Under the pieces are notes generated by a model, which saw only the letters and a program-made list of their open reading frames with translations, was not told the DNA's origin and ran no database searches. The translations under genes and the position numbers were made by a program. Positions 36,739 through 45,958 of a stretch of 64,000 nucleotides of DNA are shown one piece after another (position 1 is the first letter of the stretch; each line of letters begins with the position of its first letter). Source of the stretch: an uncultured Alphaproteobacteria bacterium. GTDB taxonomy: Bacteria > Pseudomonadota > Alphaproteobacteria > RF32 > CAG-239. The stretch spans positions 7,322 through 71,321 of the forward strand of contig CALXPK010000069.1 of the NCBI GenBank assembly GCA_944390265.1, given 5' to 3'.

Positions 36739-36815
36739 CGGGACGTAGTTCAGCCTGGTAGAGCGCTTGCATGGGGTGCAAGATGTCGGAGGTTCGAATC
36801 CTCTCGTCCCGACCA
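36739..36815 (+). tRNA. tRNA-Pro (anticodon GGG)
   Basis: Hand-folded cloverleaf: acceptor CGGGACG/CGTCCCG, D arm GTTC/GAGC, anticodon arm CTTGC-ATGGGGT-GCAAG, T arm GGAGG-TTCGAAT-CCTCT, discriminator A, and encoded CCA. Confidence 0.9.
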
Positions 36816-36820
36816 GATAG

Positions 36821-36852
36821 AAAAAGACCTGCCTTAGTGCAGGTTTTTTTTG
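36821..36852 (+). terminator. Intrinsic terminator after tRNA-Pro
   Basis: ACCTGC-CTTAGT-GCAGGT followed by T8. Confidence 0.7.
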
Positions 36853-36977
36853 TATCTGTTTGGCGGGCGCAGGATTTAGAGCCTCCGAGAGATGAACCAT
36901 CCCAATATTGCATTTAATAAATATTAAACTTTTGCTCCTATTTTGATTATTATAAAGTTGAAATTCGGAGCGAAAAA

Positions 36978-37622
36978 ATGCAATATTTTTTTCAAAATCA
37001 TAATTCTTCAAATTTGATTGTTTTCTTTGCCGGTTGGGGCTGTGATTATAATCAATTTGTCAATCTGCATGATAAGGTTGACGTTTTGATTTTGTATGAT
37101 TATCAAAATTTGGAGCTGGATTTTGATTTTGAAAAATATCAACATATTGACCTTATTGCTTATTCGGCAGGTGTTTTTGTGTCTTGCCTTTTGTCGGATA
37201 AAATTCCCAATATCAGAAAAAAAATTGCTTTGTGCGGCAACCCCTATCTTTTTGATGAAGTGTTGGGAATCTCTGCAAAAAACATTCAGGTTTTGCAAAA
37301 TATCTCTTTGGATAATTATTTGGATTTCAGAAAAAAATATATGGTTTTTTCTGAGGAAGAATATGAAAAATATAATAAATTGCAATCTTTGCGCTCAATT
37401 GAAAGCTGCCAAAGCGAACTTTCTTTTTTGCAAAAAATTTATCAAGAAAACAAAGATAAACTTTCGCCGAATTTTGATAAAGCCGTGGTTGCCGAAAATG
37501 ACCTTTTGTTCAACGTTGCGGCTCAAAAAAATTTTTATAAAAATAAACTGATTGTCATAAAAAATGCTCGACATCACATTTTTTTCCATTTTAACAGTTT
37601 TGAAGAAATAACTCGGATATAA
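36978..37622 (+). CDS. DUF452 / BioG-family esterase (pimeloyl-ACP methyl ester esterase-like)
   Basis: LIVFFAGWGCD, VLILYDYQNLELDFDF, and IDLIAYSAGVFVS (nucleophile Ser in a A-x-S-x-G context) match my memory of BioG/DUF452. No other bio genes lie nearby. Confidence 0.6.
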   Translation: MQYFFQNHNSSNLIVFFAGWGCDYNQFVNLHDKVDVLILYDYQNLELDFDFEKYQHIDLIAYSAGVFVSCLLSDKIPNIRKKIALCGNPYLFDEVLGISAKNIQVLQNISLDNYLDFRKKYMVFSEEEYEKYNKLQSLRSIESCQSELSFLQKIYQENKDKLSPNFDKAVVAENDLLFNVAAQKNFYKNKLIVIKNARHHIFFHFNSFEEITRI

Positions 37623-37642
37623 CCTTGAGGAAAGATTTTTAC

Positions 37643-38694
37643 ATGGCCGATGATTTTGTATATTTAACTCCAAAACAATCTTGGTTTCTCAAAGGACTGG
37701 CCATATTTTGCATTCTTTCGCATAATTTTTTTCATCTTTTTCCGCCGATTACGTTTCAAAATGAAATGGCTTTCGAGGCTCAAAATTTTGCGCGTTTTTT
37801 ACAAGATTTCAGCTGGAAAAATGTCTTGAATTGCTTTTTTTCCTTTTTTGGATTTTATGGGGTTTATATTTTCATTTTTCTCAGCGGATACGGCCTGACA
37901 AAATCGTTTGTTGCAAAGAAGCAAAATCCTTTGTTTTTGTCGGACGACATTGTCTTAAAATATATCTTTTGCTTTTGTTGTCCGTGGGGCTTTACTTGTG
38001 CTTTTCTCCGCAAAGGAGCTGGAGCGGATTGTTTTATGTTTTGACCCTCACCGCCAACTTTGCTCCCGGAACCCTTTTTTCGGCTTGCGGACCTTGGTGG
38101 TTTTTTGCCCTTATTATCCAGCTTTATCTTTTGTTTTGGTTTTGCTACAAACTCATTGATTATGATATTTTCAATATTGTTTTGTTGCTTTTTTCTTATA
38201 CGATTGTCAGCCTTTATTGGGTGAACTACATAGGCTTGACCACTCTTTTTTATGCCAATGCTTTCGGACATCTGCCGGAATTTTGTTTGGGGATTTTTGT
38301 GGCTTGTTACGAAAACAAGCTATCCTTTCTCAACGCAAAAAAACTTAATGTTGCCCTTTTGCTCCTTGCCCTTATAATGCTCATTTTGGCTCAAATTTTT
38401 GTTTATGCGTTTATTGCCAGTTTTGTCTTCAGTGTTGTGGTCTTTTTGAGCGCCTATAAACTTTTTCCGTCCCAAAATTCTTTTTGGATATTCTGCGGCA
38501 AAATCAGCCCGTTGCTTTTTGGGTTTAACGGATTTTTTTATCGCGAATATTTTGTTTCTCTTGCCGAGCAAAGTTCTTCTGTTTTGGCGCAAAACAGCTA
38601 CTGGATTTTGTGGCTGGCGGCAAATTTTTTGTTGGCTTTCGGGGTTCATTATTGTTTCAATTTGAAAAAATTTTTCTTGTCCCCAAAAGCCTAA
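37643..38694 (+). pseudogene. Acyltransferase-3 (OafA/YrhL-like) membrane protein, interrupted by a frameshift
   Basis: ORF 37625..38044 carries the family N-terminus (FLKGLAIFCILSHNFFH...YIFIFLSGYGLTKSF). The family-like continuation (RHCLKIYLLLLLSVGLYL..., many TM segments) is in ORF 37831..38694, one frame away. The combined ~350 aa fits one protein. The shift lies near 37921..37945, which contains a T5 run. Confidence 0.55.
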
Positions 38695-38707
38695 ACATCC
38701 CGCTTTT

Positions 38708-40123
38708 TCATCGGTCGAATTCTTGCCGCTTGCTCACCACACCAATCATATTGTTAATCTGATTGGCATTTTGGGTATTTCTGATATCAAAAACGTGTAT
38801 TCCTCTTTTTCCCAAAGAAGCGTTTTCCAAAATCGTGCGAAATTGATTGTACGGAAAATTATCTTCCGAAGCCAAATTCGGCGCCGTGGCAAATGAAATA
38901 TAATGTCCGTTTTCTTGGTTATCTATATGTCTGATTTCTTCTTTATTATGTATGATTGATAAATCATGTGCCAATTTGAAGGCCACCACAAAGCTCTGCT
39001 TATCCGGCATAACCGTTACTTTTGCCGGAAGTTTGTTTTCTTTATATTTAACCTGCTCATAAACTTGCGGCCGAAACATCTTCAAATATGGTTCTTTTCG
39101 GCCCTCATCTTGCGCATAATTGCTCATGAAATATGCCCCTGAATATTTGGGTTCCGGCTGCAACGGCAATGAAGCATAATTGATAAAAAATATTTGGCTT
39201 AATGCCTTTTTGACTTCTTGCGGATTGTAGAGTTGTGAGGCAATTTTTTCCATCTCGTTTATCCAGCGATGAGCACTGTAAAAACCTCCGCAATAGGTTA
39301 AAATGTTCAGATTACCCATGTTTTCTTTGAGCTCTTCGGGCGTATATGGTTTGCCGGCAATGACTTGATCATTTTTATCAAGTTTGATATCCGTGCCGAT
39401 ATAATCCAGCAGATGTTCCCGCACAAAAGTTTTATCTTCCGGCGTGATAAAATCAACATTGTGTTTGGCCGTGTTTAAGGCTAAGTAAAACTTTTCGGAA
39501 CGCGGTTGTTCAATGGAAAGATGGGCCACATAAACATCTACCTTTGACCCAAAAATGCTTTTATCATCCAGCAAATTATGGATGTTATTATAGGTCCATT
39601 TTTGCAACTCCTGCTCGTTTACCTTGATGTTGTACGGCATTGACAAAATCAAAACTTTGCGTTTGGGATTTGGTTTTTCTGCCTTGACATATTTGGAGTG
39701 CAGCAGGTCCGACGGCGTTTCCACCCGCCAAAAATAAAAAGGATGATACGGGGTGAAATTGAACTTGTTGTTTGGCACTTTTCCCGTGCAGGAAACCGCA
39801 TATTTTGCCGAAGCTCGATATAATGATATCAAATCTTCATCATTGGCATGTTTTCTTTGCAGGGTGCTTAATTCTTTTTGGGCATCTCGGATATATTTGT
39901 TTAGTTGCAAACCAAAATATATCAACTTATTTTCATCAATTTTCAATCCGGAAAAATCAAATGTCGGCAAGCCGCTTTTGTAAAAAAACTTATTGACTTC
40001 CGACAAATATTTTTCAACTCTTTCTTCTCTTTTATAATTTTCATCAGGCAAAAAATATGACTGACGAATCACGTCGCATTCAAACATCTCATGAATGACG
40101 TCGGCCAAAGGATTGTTCTGCAT
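38708..40123 (-). CDS. Hypothetical protein (471 aa), orphan
   Basis: Long ORF in an AT-rich region with no family recognised. It has no signal peptide or TM segment. Confidence 0.55.
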   Translation of the reverse strand: MQNNPLADVIHEMFECDVIRQSYFLPDENYKREERVEKYLSEVNKFFYKSGLPTFDFSGLKIDENKLIYFGLQLNKYIRDAQKELSTLQRKHANDEDLISLYRASAKYAVSCTGKVPNNKFNFTPYHPFYFWRVETPSDLLHSKYVKAEKPNPKRKVLILSMPYNIKVNEQELQKWTYNNIHNLLDDKSIFGSKVDVYVAHLSIEQPRSEKFYLALNTAKHNVDFITPEDKTFVREHLLDYIGTDIKLDKNDQVIAGKPYTPEELKENMGNLNILTYCGGFYSAHRWINEMEKIASQLYNPQEVKKALSQIFFINYASLPLQPEPKYSGAYFMSNYAQDEGRKEPYLKMFRPQVYEQVKYKENKLPAKVTVMPDKQSFVVAFKLAHDLSIIHNKEEIRHIDNQENGHYISFATAPNLASEDNFPYNQFRTILENASLGKRGIHVFDIRNTQNANQINNMIGVVSKRQEFDR

Positions 40124-40186
40124 TTTTAATCTTTACTTAAAAAAATTGTTATTATAATAGCTTATATTATCGTTGGGAGAAATGAT

Positions 40187-40885
40187 TTGTCAAACTATAA
40201 AAAAAATTGTTACACTACAAACGGCAAGCCACAAAAATTGTTGCTTTTTATCCACGGATACAACGGCTCTCCGGAAGCTATTGACTATGCTATTCAAGCG
40301 CTTTTACCCAAACTCAAAGACACCATGGTTTGTGTGCCCTACGCGCCTCAGGTTTGCGAAAAAAATCCTGAAAATTTGCAATGGTTCAGCTTATATCAGT
40401 TTGATCCCGAATCAAAGTTTAGAGACAGTCAAACGCCGACACCGCAAATTTTTGACATCTTTCAAAATTATGGCGAATCGGCCTTAAAAGCGGCGGCGGA
40501 GATTAATGACTTTGTTGATATGGTGCAAAAACAATATCATATTGATGATGCGCATACTTATATTTGCGGCTTTTCTCAAGGAGCAATGCTCTCCCTTTAT
40601 ACATCTTTGACCAGAAAACAAAAAATCGGCGGTTGCATCGCCATTGCCGGCATTGTCCCCGGAATGAATGATTTTTCCAAACATATTGTTTCAAAGCCGC
40701 CGCTTTTGCTTTTGCATGGCGAAGATGATGGCACGGTGCAATATAAAACCTTGCCGACAACCATCAATTTTTTGCTTGAAAACGGATTAGATTTGCGTGT
40801 GCACACGCATATTCATCTGGCGCACCAAATGAATGAAGCCGAGATGCAACACGTGGCCGATTTTGTAAACGACGGCCAACGCTGA
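40187..40885 (+). CDS. Phospholipase/carboxylesterase-family alpha/beta hydrolase
   Basis: LLLFIHGYNGS, the nucleophile elbow GFSQGA, and LLLLHGEDDGTV followed by HLAH. Confidence 0.8.
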   Translation: MSNYKKNCYTTNGKPQKLLLFIHGYNGSPEAIDYAIQALLPKLKDTMVCVPYAPQVCEKNPENLQWFSLYQFDPESKFRDSQTPTPQIFDIFQNYGESALKAAAEINDFVDMVQKQYHIDDAHTYICGFSQGAMLSLYTSLTRKQKIGGCIAIAGIVPGMNDFSKHIVSKPPLLLLHGEDDGTVQYKTLPTTINFLLENGLDLRVHTHIHLAHQMNEAEMQHVADFVNDGQR

Positions 40886-41776
40886 TTAGCAAAACAGTTT
40901 GAGAAGTTTTATAAAATATGAGGGCGGATTATCCGACTTGGCAAGGTTGTAGGCGATATATGAGAGCATGGCAAAGTCTGTTTGCGTGACATCTATTTTA
41001 TCATCCACCAGCTCATTATATCTCTTAATAACTTCAACGGCCAAATTGCGGTTGATTTTATAAAGCGGAAAAAAGTCTAAATATTTGGGCTGAACAACCG
41101 TATTGGCAAAGTCGATTATGCCAACCAAAATATCTTCCTTTTTGGGATTAATCAGCATATTGCTGCCGCTCAAATCATTATGGCACAATGCTAAAGTTTC
41201 ATTTTTATTATCGCACTTAAAATCATCCAAATCAAAAGAACTGACCTTTTTTAAGGCCAATCTTGCTTTAGCATAATCAAAATCAGCTTGTTTGGTTACG
41301 TCCCAATTATCAATTGTTTCATTGGTGGGCGGAAGGTGCAATTTGGTATAGTCGATTTGGTGCATCATCGCAAAAAACTCAGCAAAAGTTTGCGCCAAAT
41401 TTTCTTGCTTATTTTTGGGCAAAGTTTGAACCTTTACGGCATTTTCATCGTCATCGCGATTGTCACAAATTTTGCCGATAAATTTTTTCACCACCGAAAA
41501 CGGATATTCGCCCTCGACCAAAGATATTTGATGAATTTTATTTTTGAATTTGTTATCCAGCAACGGCCAAATCTCGTTCAAGATTTGATTTTCTCTTTGC
41601 ATGGTTTGCCAGACAATCTCGGCTTTGGGAAAACGCACAACTTCATCCCCAACTGCAAAAGCAAAGGACTTGGAACCGCCAACCATTGCCCTCACCTCGC
41701 CTTTACAACCTGCTTTTGAGATAATCTCTTTTATCACATTGATGTCTTGCGCTTTCTCTTTGGTCAAATAATTCAT
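40886..41776 (-). CDS. APH/choline-kinase-family phosphotransferase
   Basis: Brenner motif LCHNDLSGSNMLI (HxDxxxxN) and IIDFANT (DFx), with a kinase-like N-lobe. Confidence 0.75.
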   Translation of the reverse strand: MNYLTKEKAQDINVIKEIISKAGCKGEVRAMVGGSKSFAFAVGDEVVRFPKAEIVWQTMQRENQILNEIWPLLDNKFKNKIHQISLVEGEYPFSVVKKFIGKICDNRDDDENAVKVQTLPKNKQENLAQTFAEFFAMMHQIDYTKLHLPPTNETIDNWDVTKQADFDYAKARLALKKVSSFDLDDFKCDNKNETLALCHNDLSGSNMLINPKKEDILVGIIDFANTVVQPKYLDFFPLYKINRNLAVEVIKRYNELVDDKIDVTQTDFAMLSYIAYNLAKSDNPPSYFIKLLKLFC

Positions 41777-42273
41777 TATCGCTCCCCTTTGATAAATTCC
41801 GGTGGAATGACGCCGTCTTTTAAGACCAACAGATAATGTTTTATCACGCCGAAAATTAAACCTTTGGAGGAATCACATTTGTGCCACGGCAGCGGAGACA
41901 AATCAATCTCCTCTTTTGTCACTTGATAAAAATGCTCATTTATGCCGCTTGCCTCCGAGCCATCTTTGCACCAGATGCTTTCAACCAAACCGGCATTGAT
42001 TAAACCTTCCAGCTCAAAAGAATATAATATGCTTCTATCAACAAGAGCTTTCAACACTTTATCATTTCCCTGCCAGACAATCGGTTCGGTCAGGCAAGAG
42101 ATGGCGCAGCTTCTCCCCTTAAAAGTTTTTTCCAGCCAGTTGATAATATCTTCTTTTTTATCCGAGCCCACACGTTTGACATAAGAATGCAAGTTGCTGT
42201 CAATTTTGGAAATGGATTTTATCCCCTCCCTCAAAATCGTGTTTTCTTTCGGGGCATAGTGATATAAACGCAT
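41776..42273 (-). CDS. Hypothetical protein (165 aa)
   Basis: The ATG at 42273 is preceded by GAGGA. Its stop overlaps the kinase start by 1 nt. No family recognised. Confidence 0.5.
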   Translation of the reverse strand: MRLYHYAPKENTILREGIKSISKIDSNLHSYVKRVGSDKKEDIINWLEKTFKGRSCAISCLTEPIVWQGNDKVLKALVDRSILYSFELEGLINAGLVESIWCKDGSEASGINEHFYQVTKEEIDLSPLPWHKCDSSKGLIFGVIKHYLLVLKDGVIPPEFIKGER

Positions 42274-42286
42274 TTTTATCTTCCTC

Positions 42287-44032
42287 TTAAGCCTGCAGGT
42301 TCCAGAGTTTGGCGAATTTGCCTTGTTTATCAAGGAGCTCTTTCGGGGTGCCGACCTCGATGATTTTACCTTCTTCCATCACCACGATTTTATCCATATT
42401 CTTCAAAGTGGACAAGCGGTGCGCCACGGCAATCACGGTTTTGTCTTTTATCAGTTTTTGCAAAGATGACTGAATGAATTTTTCTGACTTGCTATCCAAG
42501 GCCGAGGTGGCTTCATCGAGCAACAAAATCTTGCTATTCTTCAAAATGGCTCTGGCTATTCCTACCCTTTGTCTTTGACCGCCGGAAAGTTTGACACCCT
42601 TATCACCGACCAAGGTTTTATACCCTTGCGGCAGATCTTTGACAAACTCGGTGATATAAGATTTTTCCGCGGCGTTTTCAATCTCTTTTTGCGTGGCCTT
42701 AAAGCTGCCATAGCTCATATTCTCCGCCAAACTGCGATGAAACAAGGTCGTGTCTTGCGGGATGAATGAGACGGCCTCATGCAGGCTTTCTTGCGTGACC
42801 ATGGACACATCTTGACCATCAATATAAACTGCACCTTGCGGGGTGTTAACCAAGCGTTGCAACACATGGAGCAAAGTGGTTTTGCCACCGCCGGACATTC
42901 CGACCACACCGATTTTTTCACCCGCCTTGATTTTCAAACTAAAATTATCAATTGCCGGCTTTTTATGATTATAGCTAAAGGTCAGATTTTTAAACTCAAT
43001 CTCGCCTGATTTTATTTTAAGTTTTTTAGCGTTCGGCGCGTCAACAAACTCCGGCTCGGCCTCTAAGAGATTCAAATTGCTCTGCAGTTTGAACAGCTCG
43101 GTGCGATAATACATCCATTGCACGGAAAGATGGCTCAATATCGTACCCATACCGCGCCCCACCGTCAGCAGATAAACCACATTACCGACATTGATGATGC
43201 CTTTGGCCCACAAAACAACGGCATAAATAATCATTGCAACATCAAAGAGCATGACGGTTAGGTCAACCAGCATATAATTTTTGTTTCTGAGCCAAGCATT
43301 TTTACGCATGGTTTTGGCGACAAGCGCATAATCTTTGCTCAGCTTTTTCAGCTCTCTATTCAAGCTCCCAAAAATTTTTAAGACCAGATAATTGCTTATC
43401 ATATTGGTGGTTTTGCCAAAGACTTTGTTTTTCATATTTTCTTGTTGTTTGGAAGCCTGTTTGGTGTTGGCGGAAAGTTTATGAAAAAAGATAAAAAGCA
43501 AAACCGATGCTATGACATAAACAAGTGCCATCGGCAGATAAATTTTGCCAATGAAACATAGGCTTATTATCAATGACCAAAACTCCGTACCAGCAAAGAC
43601 AAAAGTATCGCCGATTGAACTCCAAGCCGCGGTGGTGCGTCGAGAGCCGTCTATTTTGGCATAAATATTGCCGGCCGAATTTTTGCTCCAAAAATTTTTG
43701 TGCAAGCCCAAGACACCCACAAACAAATCTTTTCTGACCTTGATGCCTAAGGGCGAAATGAGTTTGTTTTGCATCAGATACATGGCCATCATCATCAAAA
43801 GATTGCCGCCGACCAGCACCACGGCCAAAAAGATGAAGGTTTGGATAAGATTTTGCCATGCCGGCTCACTGATGTCTCCGGCATTTATCAGATTGACAAT
43901 ATCGCTCACATACCACGGCGCAAGCTGTCCGCAAAGCGCCACGAGCGGCACCAAAATAAAAATTGCCAGAAAACGGAATTTGACCGGCAGATAATATTTT
44001 TTCAAAAAGCTCCAAAGTGAATTATTGTTCAT
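42287..44032 (-). CDS. ABC exporter, fused permease/ATPase half-transporter
   Basis: N-terminal 6-TM domain, Walker A GMSGGGKTT, signature LSGGQRQR, and Walker B ILLLDEATSALD. Confidence 0.9.
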   Translation of the reverse strand: MNNNSLWSFLKKYYLPVKFRFLAIFILVPLVALCGQLAPWYVSDIVNLINAGDISEPAWQNLIQTFIFLAVVLVGGNLLMMMAMYLMQNKLISPLGIKVRKDLFVGVLGLHKNFWSKNSAGNIYAKIDGSRRTTAAWSSIGDTFVFAGTEFWSLIISLCFIGKIYLPMALVYVIASVLLFIFFHKLSANTKQASKQQENMKNKVFGKTTNMISNYLVLKIFGSLNRELKKLSKDYALVAKTMRKNAWLRNKNYMLVDLTVMLFDVAMIIYAVVLWAKGIINVGNVVYLLTVGRGMGTILSHLSVQWMYYRTELFKLQSNLNLLEAEPEFVDAPNAKKLKIKSGEIEFKNLTFSYNHKKPAIDNFSLKIKAGEKIGVVGMSGGGKTTLLHVLQRLVNTPQGAVYIDGQDVSMVTQESLHEAVSFIPQDTTLFHRSLAENMSYGSFKATQKEIENAAEKSYITEFVKDLPQGYKTLVGDKGVKLSGGQRQRVGIARAILKNSKILLLDEATSALDSKSEKFIQSSLQKLIKDKTVIAVAHRLSTLKNMDKIVVMEEGKIIEVGTPKELLDKQGKFAKLWNLQA

Positions 44033-45782
44033 TGTTTTCTCCTTTGAGTTTTTGTAATTTCCAATATTGCCAGAATTTGCCTTTCTTTTTCAATAGATCA
44101 TCCAGCTTGCCGTCTTCGACGATTTTGCCTTTTTCCAGCACGATTATTCTATCCATATTCTTCAAGGTGGATAAGCGGTGGGCCACGGCAATCACGGTTT
44201 TGTCTTTGAGCATGTTCTCAATGGCTTTTTGAATGTAAAATTCCGACTCACTATCTAAGGCCGAGGTGGCTTCATCCAAAATCAAAATCGGGGCATCTTT
44301 CAACAAAGCCCGTGCGATCGACAAGCGTTGCATTTGCCCGCCGGAAAGCTGATTTTGCGCATTTAAAATGGTTTGATAGGCATTGGGCAATTCTTCAATA
44401 AACTTATCGGCAAAAGCCTCAACGGCGGCTTGTTTGATATCTTCTTGTTTGGCGTTTGGTTTGCCGTAAGCAATGTTTTCGGCAATTGAGCGCTCAAGCA
44501 AGGCAGAAGTTTGCGGCACGTAAGAAATTTGTTCATGCAGGCTTTCTTGCGTGACATTTCTAATGTTTTGCCCATCAATCAAAATTTCTCCGTTTTGAAT
44601 ATCATAAAAGCGTTGTAACAAACTGATTAAGGTTGATTTTCCGCCGCCGGACATGCCAACCACGCCAACCTTTTGTCCGGCCGGAATTTGCAAGTTGAAA
44701 TGATTGAACAGCGGCTTATTTCCTTTATAAGCAAAGCAGACATCTTTAAGCTCAATTGTTCCTTCCTTGACTTTCAAGGTACCGGCATTTTCATCATCGA
44801 CAATCTCGTGCGGGGTGCTGAAGGGAATCAGATTGGTTTTCATCTCGGCAAAAATGGAGCTATAGACAATCGCCCTATGGATGAGCCATGAAACCGTGCC
44901 GGCCATATCTTGCAGAAGAAAGAAAATCAACACCACGTCGGCGGTGGTAATGGTTTTATTTTTCCACAATACAAGAGCATAAAGCACAAAAGACAGATAA
45001 ACCAAGTGAAAATAGAGCTTTTCTCCTTGCGATTGCAAAGTTTCCATATTAACCGATTTGTTGGTCTTATCGGTTTCATCTTCTAAAACCTTATCGGCGC
45101 GTTTTTGCTCATATTTGAAACCATTGAACAAGCGCACAAAAAAGTGGTTTTGCAGGGCATCTATCATCTGCCCGCTGACTTTGCTTCTGGCCTCGGTCAT
45201 CGCGGCACGCAGGTTCATCGATAATCTGCCGATTTTGAGCAACACTGCAACCGATACCAGTACGAAGGCTACAAAATAAAGCGAGAATGGGACATTTACG
45301 ATGGCCAACATTGCAAAAACCACAATCAGCCGGAAAATATCCGACAGATAATATAAAACAGATTGATAAAATGAGGAGCTATCGGACAAAGCATTGCTTT
45401 TTTGGGCTAAGGCTCCGGCCATATTATCGGCAAAAAAGCGCAAAGAATGGCCGTTGATATATTGAAAACAATCTCTACTCATCTGCTCAAAAACACGCGG
45501 ACGCAAAAACATTTCCGTGAGCAGATTAAACAAAACAAACAAGATTTTGGCAAGCAAGGTTGTTGCCACCACGCCCGCCAGCAACCACCAAAGAGAATCG
45601 GCAATATCGGCAAATTTGACATTTTCACCAAACAAGCCCACCATTTTGGAAAAGAACCACGGAGAAAGTTTGCCGGAAATCACGTTAACCACGCAGCAAG
45701 CGCAGATGGTGAAGAAAAGCGTTTTGTTGCGCAGGGCATAGCGCCATAAAAAAACGAACGGATTGCTCGGAAAAGGCTGCAT
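44022..45782 (-). CDS. ABC exporter, fused permease/ATPase half-transporter (partner subunit)
   Basis: Walker A GMSGGGKST, signature LSGGQMQR, and Walker B ILILDEATSALD. Overlaps the partner gene by 11 nt. Confidence 0.9.
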   Translation of the reverse strand: MQPFPSNPFVFLWRYALRNKTLFFTICACCVVNVISGKLSPWFFSKMVGLFGENVKFADIADSLWWLLAGVVATTLLAKILFVLFNLLTEMFLRPRVFEQMSRDCFQYINGHSLRFFADNMAGALAQKSNALSDSSSFYQSVLYYLSDIFRLIVVFAMLAIVNVPFSLYFVAFVLVSVAVLLKIGRLSMNLRAAMTEARSKVSGQMIDALQNHFFVRLFNGFKYEQKRADKVLEDETDKTNKSVNMETLQSQGEKLYFHLVYLSFVLYALVLWKNKTITTADVVLIFFLLQDMAGTVSWLIHRAIVYSSIFAEMKTNLIPFSTPHEIVDDENAGTLKVKEGTIELKDVCFAYKGNKPLFNHFNLQIPAGQKVGVVGMSGGGKSTLISLLQRFYDIQNGEILIDGQNIRNVTQESLHEQISYVPQTSALLERSIAENIAYGKPNAKQEDIKQAAVEAFADKFIEELPNAYQTILNAQNQLSGGQMQRLSIARALLKDAPILILDEATSALDSESEFYIQKAIENMLKDKTVIAVAHRLSTLKNMDRIIVLEKGKIVEDGKLDDLLKKKGKFWQYWKLQKLKGENNEQ

Positions 45783-45958
45783 CTAATATTCCTTAAAATA
45801 AGAGCTTCCGAAACAAGTTCGGAAAGACAAATTAATGGTTGCAATATAGCACTTTTTTTGTGTTCAAGCAATCTTTATTTTGCTGATAAAAATTTTATTG
45901 TCGTTGCAACATGGCGCTTTTGATGTTAGGCTATGCTCAGTTTTAACAAGTGTGATTT

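Noticed and set aside
36640-37011. 123-aa minus-strand ORF and the nested 36716..36913 ORF.
   Set aside because: They run antisense through the tRNA-Pro gene and its terminator. Their translations are arbitrary and there is no ribosome-binding site.
37008-37673. Overlapping ORFs in the BioG-like region (37008..37385 minus, 37096..37551 plus, 37395..37673 minus).
   Set aside because: The region is AT-rich and the alternative translations are I/F/K/N-rich. Only the 36978..37622 frame shows the DUF452 motifs.
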